From: an uncultured delta proteobacterium
GTDB lineage: Bacteria; Desulfobacterota; WTBG01
Direction: 5' to 3'
Assembly: GCA_963793865.1 (NCBI GenBank)
Contig: CAWCBP010000008.1
Coordinates: 480,001-544,000, forward strand
Length of the DNA: 64,000 nt
The notes below the pieces were generated by a model. The model was not told the DNA's origin, did no database searches, and was given only the letters and a program-made list of their open reading frames with translations. Shown piece after piece: positions 9,649 to 19,200 of this stretch; position 1 is the first letter of the stretch; every line of letters begins with the position of its first letter. Made by a program: the position numbers and the translations under genes.

Positions 9649-11373
9649 CTACAGATTTTGTAAGAGCTGATCAGGATTATAACCCCGGGTAAAAACCCGG
9701 CTTTCTTCAGATCCATGCTCTCGCACTGAATTAAGAAAGCAAAGCCATTTGTCGTCATCACGCTCGGGGTAATCGACCCTGGTCTGGTAGGCGGGCCATC
9801 GCGTTTCCTTCCGGGCCTCAAGGTGCGCGATCACAACCCCGGCTATGTCGATCCGTTCACGTACTTCACGGCACAGATTGAGTTCGTGAAAATCGCGAGC
9901 CAGCAGATGCGCTGCATCAGCCTTCAATTCGCCCAGCAATCGTCGGGCGATTCCCAGCCTTCGCTGGTGAATTTCATAGAAGGTGTGGATGCCGCCCGCA
10001 TATTCATCCATCAGCTTTTGCAATTTAATTTCCATGGCATGAGGGAAGATACCGTCCTGTTTATCATGGTACCGATTGAGCGGTTTATAGATTTCTTCCG
10101 CTTCTTTCTCGATTTCCCGCTCGCTGATGCTGTCAGGCGTTGACGAAACGCTGTCCGAGAGGCAGGTGTGGGCGGCAATAAAACCCTCGACCCAGCAACC
10201 GCTTACGTATTTTTTGGGAGCCCCTCCCGCCACATCCCCTGCTGCGTAGAGTCCCGGCAGGGTTGTTCTCCTGTGGCGGTCCACCCAGTAGCCGCTTTGA
10301 GCATGTCCGCCGGTTATGTAAGGTCCGCTGGTTGCTATTTCGATGCCGACATCGGACAGGTCAATGTTGTTCGCCGCCCATTGCAGAACGAAAGCAGGGG
10401 ACATGTCAAGCAGGGTCATCTTTAAATCATGGATCTGTTCCGCGGTGAGATGATCCGTCTTGAAGTAAATAGGGCCCCTTCCAGCCTTTATTTCTTTCAG
10501 CATGTAATAAAGCCGTTCACAGGTGGTTGCCTTCCTGGTTGTGCCGAAGCCATAGCGCTGCTTAAGGTACACCTCACCTAAAATGTTGACCTGGGGAATC
10601 TTAAACGTTTGCGCAAGGACCCCGGTCGGGGTGGCTGAATCCTTGATGCGGGTGGGGATAAACCGCATCTCGAAACCGGTCATTTCCGCCCCGGCCCGGA
10701 TGCCCATGGCGTATCCCGCTCCGGTATTAAAAGGGCTGTACCACATGCGATGAGCGATTTCTCCCGTGTTGGCTGACCGGTAAATGCCGCTGGCTCCCCC
10801 GGTGGCAATAATAACTCCCCTCCCGGCAAAGACAGCGTGGAAATGACCGTTTCGCAGATTGAAACCGTAAGCACCGATAACCCTTCCCCGGCGAAGTATA
10901 AAACCCGTCGCGCTCACGTGGTTCAGGACGGTCACGGACGAATCCTTCACTTTTTTCGCCAATATGGGCTTGATGCTTTCTCCTTTAATGAGGATGCTGC
11001 GGGGTCCCTTTTGCAGCGGTTTGCCGTTTACCCGGACAAGGGGAAGTCCCCATGATTCCACCCGGGCAGTGGCGGCATTTACACCGCAGGCAATGGTATA
11101 GACGAGGTCATCACGGATCAGTCCATGTGAATCGGTTTTCACATATTCCAGATAGGACTCCGGCGTCTGGTCATCGGTTATGTAGGCGTTAATTGCGTTG
11201 ATGCCGGCTGCGAGACACCCGGACCGCTCTATCTGCGCTTTTTCCATGATGAGGATGCCGATGTCAGGGTCAAGCCGGCGAGCTTCAGCGGCAGCGGCGC
11301 AGCCTGCTGCTCCTCCGCCGATGATGAGCAGGTCAGTTGAAATTCGGGTGATGGTTTTCTGAAAAACAGTCAT
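9649..11373 (-). CDS. aprA: Adenylylsulfate reductase alpha-subunit-like flavoprotein (short, assimilatory-context type)
   Basis: DLLIIGGGAAG FAD motif, EKAQIERSGCLAAGINAINAY, GESIKPILA, WYSPFNTGAGYAMG, EMRFIPTR, GLYAAGDVAGG, RKETRWP. Confidence 0.85.
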   Translation of the reverse strand: MTVFQKTITRISTDLLIIGGGAAGCAAAAEARRLDPDIGILIMEKAQIERSGCLAAGINAINAYITDDQTPESYLEYVKTDSHGLIRDDLVYTIACGVNAATARVESWGLPLVRVNGKPLQKGPRSILIKGESIKPILAKKVKDSSVTVLNHVSATGFILRRGRVIGAYGFNLRNGHFHAVFAGRGVIIATGGASGIYRSANTGEIAHRMWYSPFNTGAGYAMGIRAGAEMTGFEMRFIPTRIKDSATPTGVLAQTFKIPQVNILGEVYLKQRYGFGTTRKATTCERLYYMLKEIKAGRGPIYFKTDHLTAEQIHDLKMTLLDMSPAFVLQWAANNIDLSDVGIEIATSGPYITGGHAQSGYWVDRHRRTTLPGLYAAGDVAGGAPKKYVSGCWVEGFIAAHTCLSDSVSSTPDSISEREIEKEAEEIYKPLNRYHDKQDGIFPHAMEIKLQKLMDEYAGGIHTFYEIHQRRLGIARRLLGELKADAAHLLARDFHELNLCREVRERIDIAGVVIAHLEARKETRWPAYQTRVDYPERDDDKWLCFLNSVREHGSEESRVFTRGYNPDQLLQNL

Positions 11374-11684
11374 GGGTTTCGATTGTGGCTCACCGATAAA
11401 ACGTTATGTATAGTAAGGGACTCAGCCCGATGTTGTTCCGCTTCGGTCGCAGGATCTGCAAGAATACTACTTTAAAAAACTTAAATTATTTCATTAAAAA
11501 AGTCAACTATTATTTTTTTATATTGTAATTATCTTTACTAATTTATGTTAGTATAGAAACACAATTTTCCCTCATTTTTACCGGGTTTCTCAATTCTGTT
11601 AAGCTGTTGTGCCATTTTTAATGCACAGCTGGTTGATCATTAACCGCTATCGGCAATCCCTCGAGCCGCTTATTTAAAATCCCG

Positions 11685-11734
11685 GTAGGAGCGCCTTCAG
11701 GCGCGATGCATGCGCGGCTGAAAATCGCACCTAC
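11685..11734. repeat. REP/REPIN-like palindromic repeat (GTAGGAGCG family)
   Basis: GTAGGAGCGCCTTCAGGCGCGATGCATGCGCGGCTGAAAATCGCACCTAC; related copies at 32709-32730 and 34532-34580. Confidence 0.65.
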
Positions 11735-11908
11735 CGGTTGGTTATACATATTTCTGAGAGAAAAATTGTCACATTTGAGCCGCTACGAGTCTAACAAGTA
11801 TGCTTGTCATAGCAGGGGAGCGTGCCCAAATTCATCGGCGGGTTTCGGGGATTCAAGTGTTTTTTTCACGTGAGTCACTTGAACCCCCAATTTCGGAATC
11901 GTCGCTTT

Positions 11909-13558
11909 TTATCCCAGTATCGCCTTCAGATCCTCATCCGGCGTGATGATGGGCATGATGTTGAAGTTCTTCACCAGCACATCCAGCACTCGGGGTGATA
12001 AAGGCCGGAAGGCTCGGGCCGAGCCGGATGTTCTTAATGCCGAGGTGAAGCAGTGAAAGAAGAATGGCCACCGCCTTCTGCTCATACCAGGAGAGGACCA
12101 TCGAGAGGGGCAGATCATTCACGCCCACGTTGAAAGCCTTCGGCCAGGGCAACTGCGATCTGGATGGCCGAATAGGCGTCATTGCACTGCCCGATGTCGA
12201 GAAGCCTCGGGAATGCCGCCGATGTCTCCCAGGTCTTTGTCGAAGAAGCGGAATTTGCCGCAGGCAAGCGTGAGAACCACGCAGTCCTTGGGCACTTTTT
12301 CCACAAACTCGGTGTAGTAGTTCCGGCCCGGTTTTGCCCCGTCACAGCCGGCCACCAGGAAGAAATGCCGGATGTCCTTGTTCTTGACCGCCTCGATGAC
12401 CTTACCGGCAACGCCCATGACCGCGTTTCTGGCAAATCCGACCATGACAGACTTGCCGTTGTGATCTGCCGCGAAACCCGGGCATGCCAGCGCCTTCTTG
12501 ATCACCGGGGCAAAGTTCCTGTCCGTGATATGGGTCGCGCCGGGCCAGCCCACCAGGCCGCGTGGTAAAGATATTGTCCTTATATGATGTCTCTGGGCTT
12601 CTGAATGCAGTTGGTGGTCATCAGGATGGCGCCGGGGAAATCGGCGAACTCCTTGGTCTGATTCTGCCAGGCGGTGCCGTAATGGCCGTAGAAATGGGTG
12701 TATTTTTTAAGCTCGGGATAGCCGTGGGTCGGAAGCATCTCGCCGTGGGTATAGACATTGATGCCTTTGCCCTCGGTCTGTTTGAGAATTTCTTCCAGGT
12801 CTTTGAGATCATGGCCGGAAACGAGAATGGCTTTTCCCTTCTTCGCTCCCAGCGGTACCTTGGTGGGCACGGGATGCCCGTAGGTGCCGGTATTGCCGGC
12901 ATCGAGCAGCTCCATGGCCCGGATGTTTGATTTCGCCGCATTTCAGGGCAAGGCCGACCCAGTCATTCAGGGCCAGGTCTTTGTTCAGCGTTGCCGCCAG
13001 ACCTTCATGAATGAACGCATACACCGTTGTCGTCTTCCTGGCCGAGAATCCGGGCATGATCCGCATAGGCGGCCACACCTTTGATGCCGAAAAGCAGTTG
13101 TGTGCTGCAGGGAGAGAATATCCGGGTCAATGCTCGGGATCCGACTTCAAGCCGACCTTTTCCCCTGGTCATCAAACCGTCAAGGGTCTTTCGCAGGCTG
13201 AAAGTTGCCGGCCCTCGGGAAACGTCCACCTTCCCGCCGGCCGCTTTCACTTTCTCTTCAAGTCCTTCCCGCAATTCAACGCAGCTGTTGATCAGTTCCA
13301 TGAAACGCTTCGCATCAAAATCCACATTGGTAAGCGTTGAAAAGATGGCTTGCACGGTAAACGCATTGACCTCGCTTATCCGTGACGCCTACTTTGCGGC
13401 CCTCCACCGCAACCTGGGACAACCCCTTCACCGCATAGACCAACAAGATCCTGAAGCGCCGCCACATCCGGTTCTTTTCCGCATACACCGCCTTTGGTGC
13501 ATCCCTCGCCTTTTGCCGTCTGTTCACATTGATAACAAAACATAGTTGATGTTCCCAT
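11909..13558 (-). CDS. hcp: Hybrid cluster protein (hydroxylamine reductase), broken by multiple frameshifts
   Basis: Collinear fragments in different frames: [107 protein letters not shown]. Confidence 0.92.
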
Positions 13559-13659
13559 AATGCTGCCTCCTTTACCTGTTGATGTTTGGGTTATTGATTA
13601 TAATCCTTGAATAGCGAGCCTTTTAAGGAATACTATAAATTATCGATGCGGAAATAAGC

Positions 13660-13675
13660 CTTGATTCAAGTCAAG
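13660..13675. promoter_or_regulatory. Fnr/HcpR-type box upstream of hcp
   Basis: CTTGAT-TCAA-GTCAAG; a minus-strand -10 TATAGT at 13637-13632 gives class II activator spacing. Confidence 0.7.
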
Positions 13676-13739
13676 AAAATAAATATTTTTTTTATGTGCA
13701 GCACATGGCCTTTTTTGCCTGATATTCTTCCTGCATGCC

Positions 13740-13753
13740 TTGACGTGAATCAA
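13740..13753. promoter_or_regulatory. Second Fnr/HcpR-type box, upstream of the regulator gene
   Basis: TTGAC-GTGA-ATCAA. Confidence 0.6.
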
Positions 13754-13794
13754 CCCGGGTTGATACTTTCAAAGACGCAGCGATGAGGTGAAAA

Positions 13795-14484
13795 ATGGAT
13801 GTGCTGAAACAGCTGGCAGACATACCCCTGTTCCAGGGGCTGACACCGGAACACCATAAACAACTGGCGTCGATAGCGGTGCGGAAGTCTTTTAAAAAAA
13901 AGCAAACCATCTTTGCGGAAGGCGATGCCGGGGACGGATTTTACCTTGTCATTTCGGGGCGGGTCAAGGTGTTCAAAATCTCCCGCGAAGGAAAAGAGCA
14001 GATCCTGCACATCATCGGTCCCGGTGAACCGTTTGGCGAAGTCCCGGTATTCTCCGGGGCGCATTTCCCCGCCCATGCTCAGGCAATGGAAGAAATCAAA
14101 TCGTTTTTCATCCCGCGCAGGGCCTTTATTGATTTGATAAAAAAGAATCCATCCCTTGCCATGAACATGCTCGCCGTGCTCTCCGTGCGTTTGCGAAGGT
14201 TCAGCGCACTGGTCGAAGACCTGTCGTTAAAAGAGGTGCCGGGCAGGCTGTCCGCCTACCTGCTCTATCTCAGCGAAACCGGGGGCCGCTCACCGCATCT
14301 CACCCTGGATATATCCAAGACCCAGCTTGCCAGCCTGCTGGGAACCATACCGGAAACGCTTTCCCGCATTCTGGCCCGCATGAGCAGCGAGGAACTGATC
14401 GCCTCCCAGGGACAGCGCACCATCAAAATCCTTGATCGCGAGGGACTCAAAGAACTTGCCGGCGGCGCGCGCCGACTGGCATAG
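13795..14484 (+). CDS. Crp/Fnr-family regulator (HcpR-like)
   Basis: cNMP-like domain (GKEQILHIIGPGEPFGE) and HTH LASLLGTIPETLSR; divergent from hcp. Confidence 0.9.
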   Translation: MDVLKQLADIPLFQGLTPEHHKQLASIAVRKSFKKKQTIFAEGDAGDGFYLVISGRVKVFKISREGKEQILHIIGPGEPFGEVPVFSGAHFPAHAQAMEEIKSFFIPRRAFIDLIKKNPSLAMNMLAVLSVRLRRFSALVEDLSLKEVPGRLSAYLLYLSETGGRSPHLTLDISKTQLASLLGTIPETLSRILARMSSEELIASQGQRTIKILDREGLKELAGGARRLA

Positions 14485-14553
14485 TTGTCCCCGGGTTGTC
14501 CTTTCATTGAACCCCTTATTTCAATAATGATGAGAGGTTGTACCTGTAGTGCG

Positions 14554-14573
14554 GTTCGACAAAGTTGTCGAAC
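14554..14573. promoter_or_regulatory. Palindromic candidate enhancer (UAS) of the sigma-54 regulator
   Basis: GTTCGACA-AAGT-TGTCGAAC; the same TTCGACA-N4-TGTCGAA occurs at 18139-18156. Confidence 0.65.
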
Positions 14574-14623
14574 CCATATGGGTGCCCTCTAGTTAATTTG
14601 TTGATTTTAAATGAATAAAAATA

Positions 14624-14639
14624 TGGTATGATTATTGTA
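14624..14639 (+). promoter_or_regulatory. Candidate sigma-54 (-24/-12) promoter, degenerate
   Basis: TGGTAT-GATTA-TTGTA, 50 nt downstream of the palindrome. Confidence 0.4.
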
Positions 14640-14702
14640 ATGTATTAAGGCAGTACATTTCGACCCTTCATCCCTTATCAATAACAGGGAATTCGGAAAC
14701 CG

Positions 14703-15209
14703 ATGCGCATTATCCTGATTGTTCTTACAGTTCTGTTGATCATACCTGTTCGGTTTATCCGTGCCGATGAATATGTGCACGGGCGGGTGATATCTGCTAG
14801 TGGAAACAAGGGTAGGGTGGCCATAGGGGTGCCTCATAGACCTGGTGATGGGACGAAAAGGGGTTGGGGCAACCGCCGTTCTCCCCAATCATTGCGCGGC
14901 CGTCAGTTCCCGCCTGCTGTTAACGTCATGGACCGGCACCATCCGCCTGCTTATAGGGGGGTGCATCCGGGAGTCCTCGTCCAGGGTCCGGTTGATAAGA
15001 ACAGGGGAAAGGGTACCTCTTCCACCGTGCCGGGAAACGTCCTGCCGGTACCTCCCGAATCAGACATCAAGCACCACGACGATACGACCGGGGTACGTCA
15101 CCGTATCGGGCGGGAAAAGAAGCCGGGTATGAAGCAGGAAGCGCCTGCAGGCGGCAGCGGATCACATCGGAAAAAAGGAGGGGCCTCGGGTGGCCACCAT
15201 GGAAGGTAA
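14703..15209 (+). CDS. Exported hypothetical protein, probable accessory of the two-component system
   Basis: Signal peptide, DDTTGVRHRI motif, Gly/His-rich tail; overlaps the kinase start. Confidence 0.6.
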   Translation: MRIILIVLTVLLIIPVRFIRADEYVHGRVISASGNKGRVAIGVPHRPGDGTKRGWGNRRSPQSLRGRQFPPAVNVMDRHHPPAYRGVHPGVLVQGPVDKNRGKGTSSTVPGNVLPVPPESDIKHHDDTTGVRHRIGREKKPGMKQEAPAGGSGSHRKKGGASGGHHGR

Positions 15210-16779
15210 GAAACGGTTACCCCTGTGGGTAAGCAACGTGCTGGTTTTCGGTTTCCTGTGCGCGGTGGTCGTGGGTTATTTTGTATGGCAGATCCAGGCA
15301 ACGCGGGAGACATTTATCAGCAGGATGAAAGCGGTGACCGAGCTGGTTGCGCGCATCATTGAAGTGAATGCCCGGGGCGCCGTGCTGTCGCAGCAGACCA
15401 CCGAGGAAATATTGTTCACCTTTTTGGGGAATACCGCCCGGTTCGTGGACTACCTTGATAGCGTGGAACCGTTTAACACAAAAGAACTTACGGAGTTTGC
15501 CAAAGAGGTCCGGCTTTCCGGCATAAGCATTCTGAGAGCAGATTCGACGCAGGTGCAAGGGCCCGACAACTGGTATACAGAACCTTCGCCGGCGCTAGAG
15601 CAGGTACCGCGGCTGAACTATGACAAAAACAGGCACCTCTATATCTTCTCCTGGCCGCGGCAGGAAATAAAAGGCTGGGTGGTCGTGGGAATCGAAGCCG
15701 CAAAAATGGAATCCCTGCAGAAGCAGCTCGGATTGCCCAATGTGATAGAGGCCATTACCAGACTTCCCGGGATATCCTATATAAAAACGGCTTCACCGCA
15801 AGCGGACAGCCGGCCGAATACCCCGTCACCCCCGCTGATGATCGTCGAACGGGGTCGCATAACAGTTGCCGAATCAAAATTTCTTGTCGGTACACAGGAG
15901 ATTACCATCGGCCTGGACGCGTCGCCTTTAAGTGAGTCGGTTGGAAGCCTGTGGCGAGATTTCCTGCTCTTCAGCGGCGCGCTCGTATGCCTGGGGACGC
16001 TGCTTTCCTTCCTTTTATACCGGCAGCAGTCGCGGCACGTCGAAGCCATTCGGGCCTATGAAAGAAACATGTCCGGGCAGCGGGAGGATGCCGCTTTGGG
16101 CAGGGCGGCTGCTTCCATCGCCCACGAAATCAGGAACCCTCTCAATTCACTCAGCATGGGCTTGCAGCGCTTGCACATGGAGGCAAACGAGCTGAAGGAT
16201 GAGCACCGGCAGTTTATAGAAATCATGCTCGATGCCGTTCGCCGCACCAACAGCATTGTAACCGGCCTGCTGGACTATGCCTCTCCGCAATACAGTGCTT
16301 CGCAGGAGGTGAGGCTTGATCTGCTGGTCCAAAATATACTTCCCCTCTACCAGGCGCGATGCGCGCAGCAGGGGGTCACCCTTAAAACAGAGGTTGCCTG
16401 TAAAGATCCGGTCGCGGGAGACCCGGGACGCTTGAGCCAGGTGATAGAAAACATGCTCAAGAATGCCGTTGAGGCGCAGCCGCATGGCGGATTCATCGAC
16501 ATAGCCATCACGCGCACCGCCGCCGGCGTCATTATGGCCATGACCAACGGAGGATTTTCTCTTTCTTCGGAAGATGCCGAACGGATCACCGAACCGTATT
16601 TCACCACCAAGTCCTCCGGTACCGGTCTCGGTCTGGCAATAGCGCGGCGGATCATCACAGCCCACGGCGGCCACCTGCAGGTCAATCCGCGGCCGGGAAA
16701 CACCGTAACCATTCAGTTTCAACTGCCCCTATTTTCAAACAGTCACACATACCATAAGGACAGGTTGCACAGCTCATGA
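15199..16779 (+). CDS. Membrane sensor histidine kinase
   Basis: Two TM segments; H-box IAHEIRNPL; N-box ENMLKNAVEA; EPYFTTKSSGTGLGL. Confidence 0.92.
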   Translation: MEGKKRLPLWVSNVLVFGFLCAVVVGYFVWQIQATRETFISRMKAVTELVARIIEVNARGAVLSQQTTEEILFTFLGNTARFVDYLDSVEPFNTKELTEFAKEVRLSGISILRADSTQVQGPDNWYTEPSPALEQVPRLNYDKNRHLYIFSWPRQEIKGWVVVGIEAAKMESLQKQLGLPNVIEAITRLPGISYIKTASPQADSRPNTPSPPLMIVERGRITVAESKFLVGTQEITIGLDASPLSESVGSLWRDFLLFSGALVCLGTLLSFLLYRQQSRHVEAIRAYERNMSGQREDAALGRAAASIAHEIRNPLNSLSMGLQRLHMEANELKDEHRQFIEIMLDAVRRTNSIVTGLLDYASPQYSASQEVRLDLLVQNILPLYQARCAQQGVTLKTEVACKDPVAGDPGRLSQVIENMLKNAVEAQPHGGFIDIAITRTAAGVIMAMTNGGFSLSSEDAERITEPYFTTKSSGTGLGLAIARRIITAHGGHLQVNPRPGNTVTIQFQLPLFSNSHTYHKDRLHSS

Positions 16780-18110
16780 AAATTCTTATCGTTGATGATG
16801 AAAGCTCACAGCGGGATCTGCTCAGGGGATTTCTTGCCAACCAGGGATATGACGTGCTGACCGCCGCTGACGGTGAAGAAGCGTTTTCCCTTTTCAGCCG
16901 TGAACCGATACAGCTGGCGATTTTGGATCACCGCATGCCGGGGCTGACCGGGGAGGAGGTATTAAAAAAACTGAAAGCCTTAAACCCCATGGTTCACGCC
17001 ATCATTATTACCGCATACGGAAATGTCGACACCGCCGTCACCACCCTTAAACTCGGCGCGGACGATTTTCTGGAAAAACCGGTAGATCTCTCCGTCCTTT
17101 TGCAGAAAATTCAGCAGATTGAGGGGCAGATTGTCATTGAAGAAGAGGTGGCGTCCGTTAATGAGGTTATAGAGACATCCACCCTCCCTCTCAAGATTAT
17201 TGCCCAGAGCCCTGCAATGAAGCGGGTCCTCTCGCTTGCGCGCAAAATGGCGCAAAGCTCATGGAGCGTGCTCATCGAGGGGGAAACGGGGACCGGCAAG
17301 GAGCTTCTGGCACACCTCATACATCTGCTCAGCCCGCGACGCGACAATGCCTTCATCGAGGTAAACTGCGCGGCCATACCCGAGAACCTTTTCGAAAGCG
17401 AACTCTTCGGACACGAGAAGGGATCGTTCACCGGGGCCATTGGCAGGCGCCGCGGACACTTTGAAATCGCCCACGGGGGAACCTTATTCCTCGATGAGAT
17501 TACCGAGATGCCGCCCGTATTACAGCCAAAGCTTCTCCGCGTGCTGCAGGAAAAGCGGTTTTCAAGAGTCGGCGGTGAGAGGCCGATTGATGTGGATCTG
17601 CGGTTCATCTCCGCCACCAATCGCAATCTTAAAAAGATGGTTGAGGACGGCACATTCAGGGAAGATCTCTACTACCGGATCAAAGTTCTGGAAGTTGAAA
17701 TCCCTCCCTTGAGACAGCGCCGCGAGGACATTCCCGAACTCATACAGCTCTTTTTAGACCGGTATTCCGCTCAGCCGATCCGCTTTTCCCTTGAAGCCAT
17801 GGACGCGCTGGTGAAGTACCCCTACCCGGGTAATGTGAGGGAATTGGAACACATCGTTCAGCGGGCAATAACATTCGCGCGGGGGCAATTGATTGCTCTT
17901 CCGGATTTGCCCGAGGAAATCAGGCATCATCAGGCGGCAACCCAGGGTACGCTCGCGGAAAATCTTGAAGCAATGGAAAAGAAGATGCTGCTTGAAGCGC
18001 TGGAGAAAAACAGCTGGGTGCAGACACGGGCGGCGGCATTTCTGGGAATCAGCGAAAGAGTACTCCGTTATAAAATGAAAAAATATGATCTCAAAAGCAC
18101 TCCTCAATAA
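16776..18110 (+). CDS. Sigma-54-dependent response regulator (NtrC/ZraR family)
   Basis: Receiver LDHRMPG; GETGTGKE; ESELFGHEKGSFTGA; LFLDEI; FREDLYYR; YPGNVREL; Fis-type HTH. Confidence 0.95.
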   Translation: MKILIVDDESSQRDLLRGFLANQGYDVLTAADGEEAFSLFSREPIQLAILDHRMPGLTGEEVLKKLKALNPMVHAIIITAYGNVDTAVTTLKLGADDFLEKPVDLSVLLQKIQQIEGQIVIEEEVASVNEVIETSTLPLKIIAQSPAMKRVLSLARKMAQSSWSVLIEGETGTGKELLAHLIHLLSPRRDNAFIEVNCAAIPENLFESELFGHEKGSFTGAIGRRRGHFEIAHGGTLFLDEITEMPPVLQPKLLRVLQEKRFSRVGGERPIDVDLRFISATNRNLKKMVEDGTFREDLYYRIKVLEVEIPPLRQRREDIPELIQLFLDRYSAQPIRFSLEAMDALVKYPYPGNVRELEHIVQRAITFARGQLIALPDLPEEIRHHQAATQGTLAENLEAMEKKMLLEALEKNSWVQTRAAAFLGISERVLRYKMKKYDLKSTPQ

Positions 18111-18138
18111 ACATTCCTCTTAGAATCCCTGGCACCAG

Positions 18139-18156
18139 TTCGACATAAGTGTCGAA
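18139..18156. promoter_or_regulatory. Second copy of the candidate enhancer palindrome
   Basis: TTCGACA-TAAG-TGTCGAA, plus a half-site TGTCGAA at 18170-18176. Confidence 0.65.
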
Positions 18157-18228
18157 TTGCTTCCAAAATTGTCGAACCGCACCATCGTCCTGCTTTTTTA
18201 TCCCCTTGTTTTTGCTCAAGATATCCGG

Positions 18229-18245
18229 TTGGCACCAAACTTGAT
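18229..18245 (+). promoter_or_regulatory. Sigma-54 (-24/-12) promoter
   Basis: TTGGCAC-CAAAC-TTGAT (consensus TGGCAC-N5-TTGC; one mismatch at -12). Confidence 0.65.
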
Positions 18246-18320
18246 TATCATTCCAGCAGAAGTAATGAGATAAGAGTAAAGAATCCAATTTTCCAAACAA
18301 TGTAACCAGGAGGGCTAGAC

Positions 18321-18665
18321 ATGAGACAATTGATACTGAGCATCTTAATAATACTGTGTTGTGCCGGATCCGCGGTTGCATGTCATGACTGCGACCGCTA
18401 TTACGTGGATAGGGCCATTTATTATTGCCCTCCGGGTCCCCCTCCGGGCCCCCCGCCGCCTCCGGTTTATTACGCTCCGCCGCCCCCTCCTCCGTATGGA
18501 TACGGAGGGCCGCATTATGTGGATCACTACGGCCCGAGCGGCTTCAATTTTGCGGTCGGCTACAGCAGCGGCCATGGGCATGGTCATGGCAGAGGGCATG
18601 GCGGACACCATGGCGGCGGGCACGGGTATTCATTCAGCATCGGCGGTTTTGGTATCGGGAGATAG
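18321..18665 (+). CDS. Small secreted Pro-, Gly- and His-rich protein
   Basis: AGGAGG RBS; signal peptide; poly-Pro tracts; GHGHGHGRGHGGHHGGGHG tail. Confidence 0.7.
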   Translation: MRQLILSILIILCCAGSAVACHDCDRYYVDRAIYYCPPGPPPGPPPPPVYYAPPPPPPYGYGGPHYVDHYGPSGFNFAVGYSSGHGHGHGRGHGGHHGGGHGYSFSIGGFGIGR

Positions 18666-18709
18666 GTACCCTCTGCGCATGGTTTCAAAGTGAAAACAAG
18701 GTCTATTAC

Positions 18710-18737
18710 GTAGGGGCGACCGGCCGGTCGCCCCTAC
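18710..18737. repeat. REP hairpin (GTAG family)
   Basis: Perfect palindrome GTAGGGGCGACCGGCCGGTCGCCCCTAC; identical copy at 43983-44010. Confidence 0.85.
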
Positions 18738-19066
18738 AGTTATTTGGGAACTGAATCCCCGAAGCATTGAGCTGCGTATCATGTTCTCCAATAACCTCCT
18801 TTTATCAGGATTAGGTATTGCGCGATTTATTCAATTTAGCGCAGGTATTGCGCAATTTTTTCATTACTAATGTCAGAAAAATAAGGAATTTTTAGGTAGG
18901 GCAGGAGTGTAATTGCGCCTTTTTGGGCAGAATGCGAAAAAGCCATTGAGCTTTTCAACAAGAACCATATCAGTCATAGAAATCGTTTTAAAACTCTTAG
19001 TTAAATGTTTTATGGAGAGATGTATGCCACAAAACTATTAAAGAAGATGCACAATTCAATTATACC

Positions 19067-19093
19067 TTGACTTTTATTGTCAGTAGGTATAAT
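19067..19093 (+). promoter_or_regulatory. Sigma-70-like promoter for the riboswitch leader
   Basis: TTGACT ... TATAAT with a 15-nt spacer containing a T run (short spacing, possibly a homopolymer error). Confidence 0.5.
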
Positions 19094-19107
19094 GAACTTT
19101 ATTAACA

Positions 19108-19157
19108 AGGGGATGGAGTGCCCCCTAAAAATGCCGTAAAGGCTGATGACTCCTACT
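19108..19157 (+). ncRNA. Fluoride (crcB-motif) riboswitch aptamer
   Basis: AGGGGATGGAGTGCCCCCT-AAAAAT-GCCGTAAAGGC-TGATGACTCCTAC: P1 GGGG/CCCC, conserved GATGG, P2 GCC/GGC, conserved CTGATGAC, pseudoknot GGAGT/ACTCC. Downstream gene types are classic associates of this riboswitch. Confidence 0.92.
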
Positions 19158-19200
19158 GCAGCAGATGCTACGGTGGGAGGATAAACAGAAAGCCATCGAG

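Noticed and set aside
9237..11373. Evidence of dissimilatory sulfate reduction
   Set aside because: The context is cysK plus a siroheme sulfite reductase, the order is A then B, and no qmo, sat or dsr genes are present.
11374..11680. SAM or other riboswitch upstream of the sulfur operon
   Set aside because: No SAM-I core sequences or terminator recognised on the minus strand.
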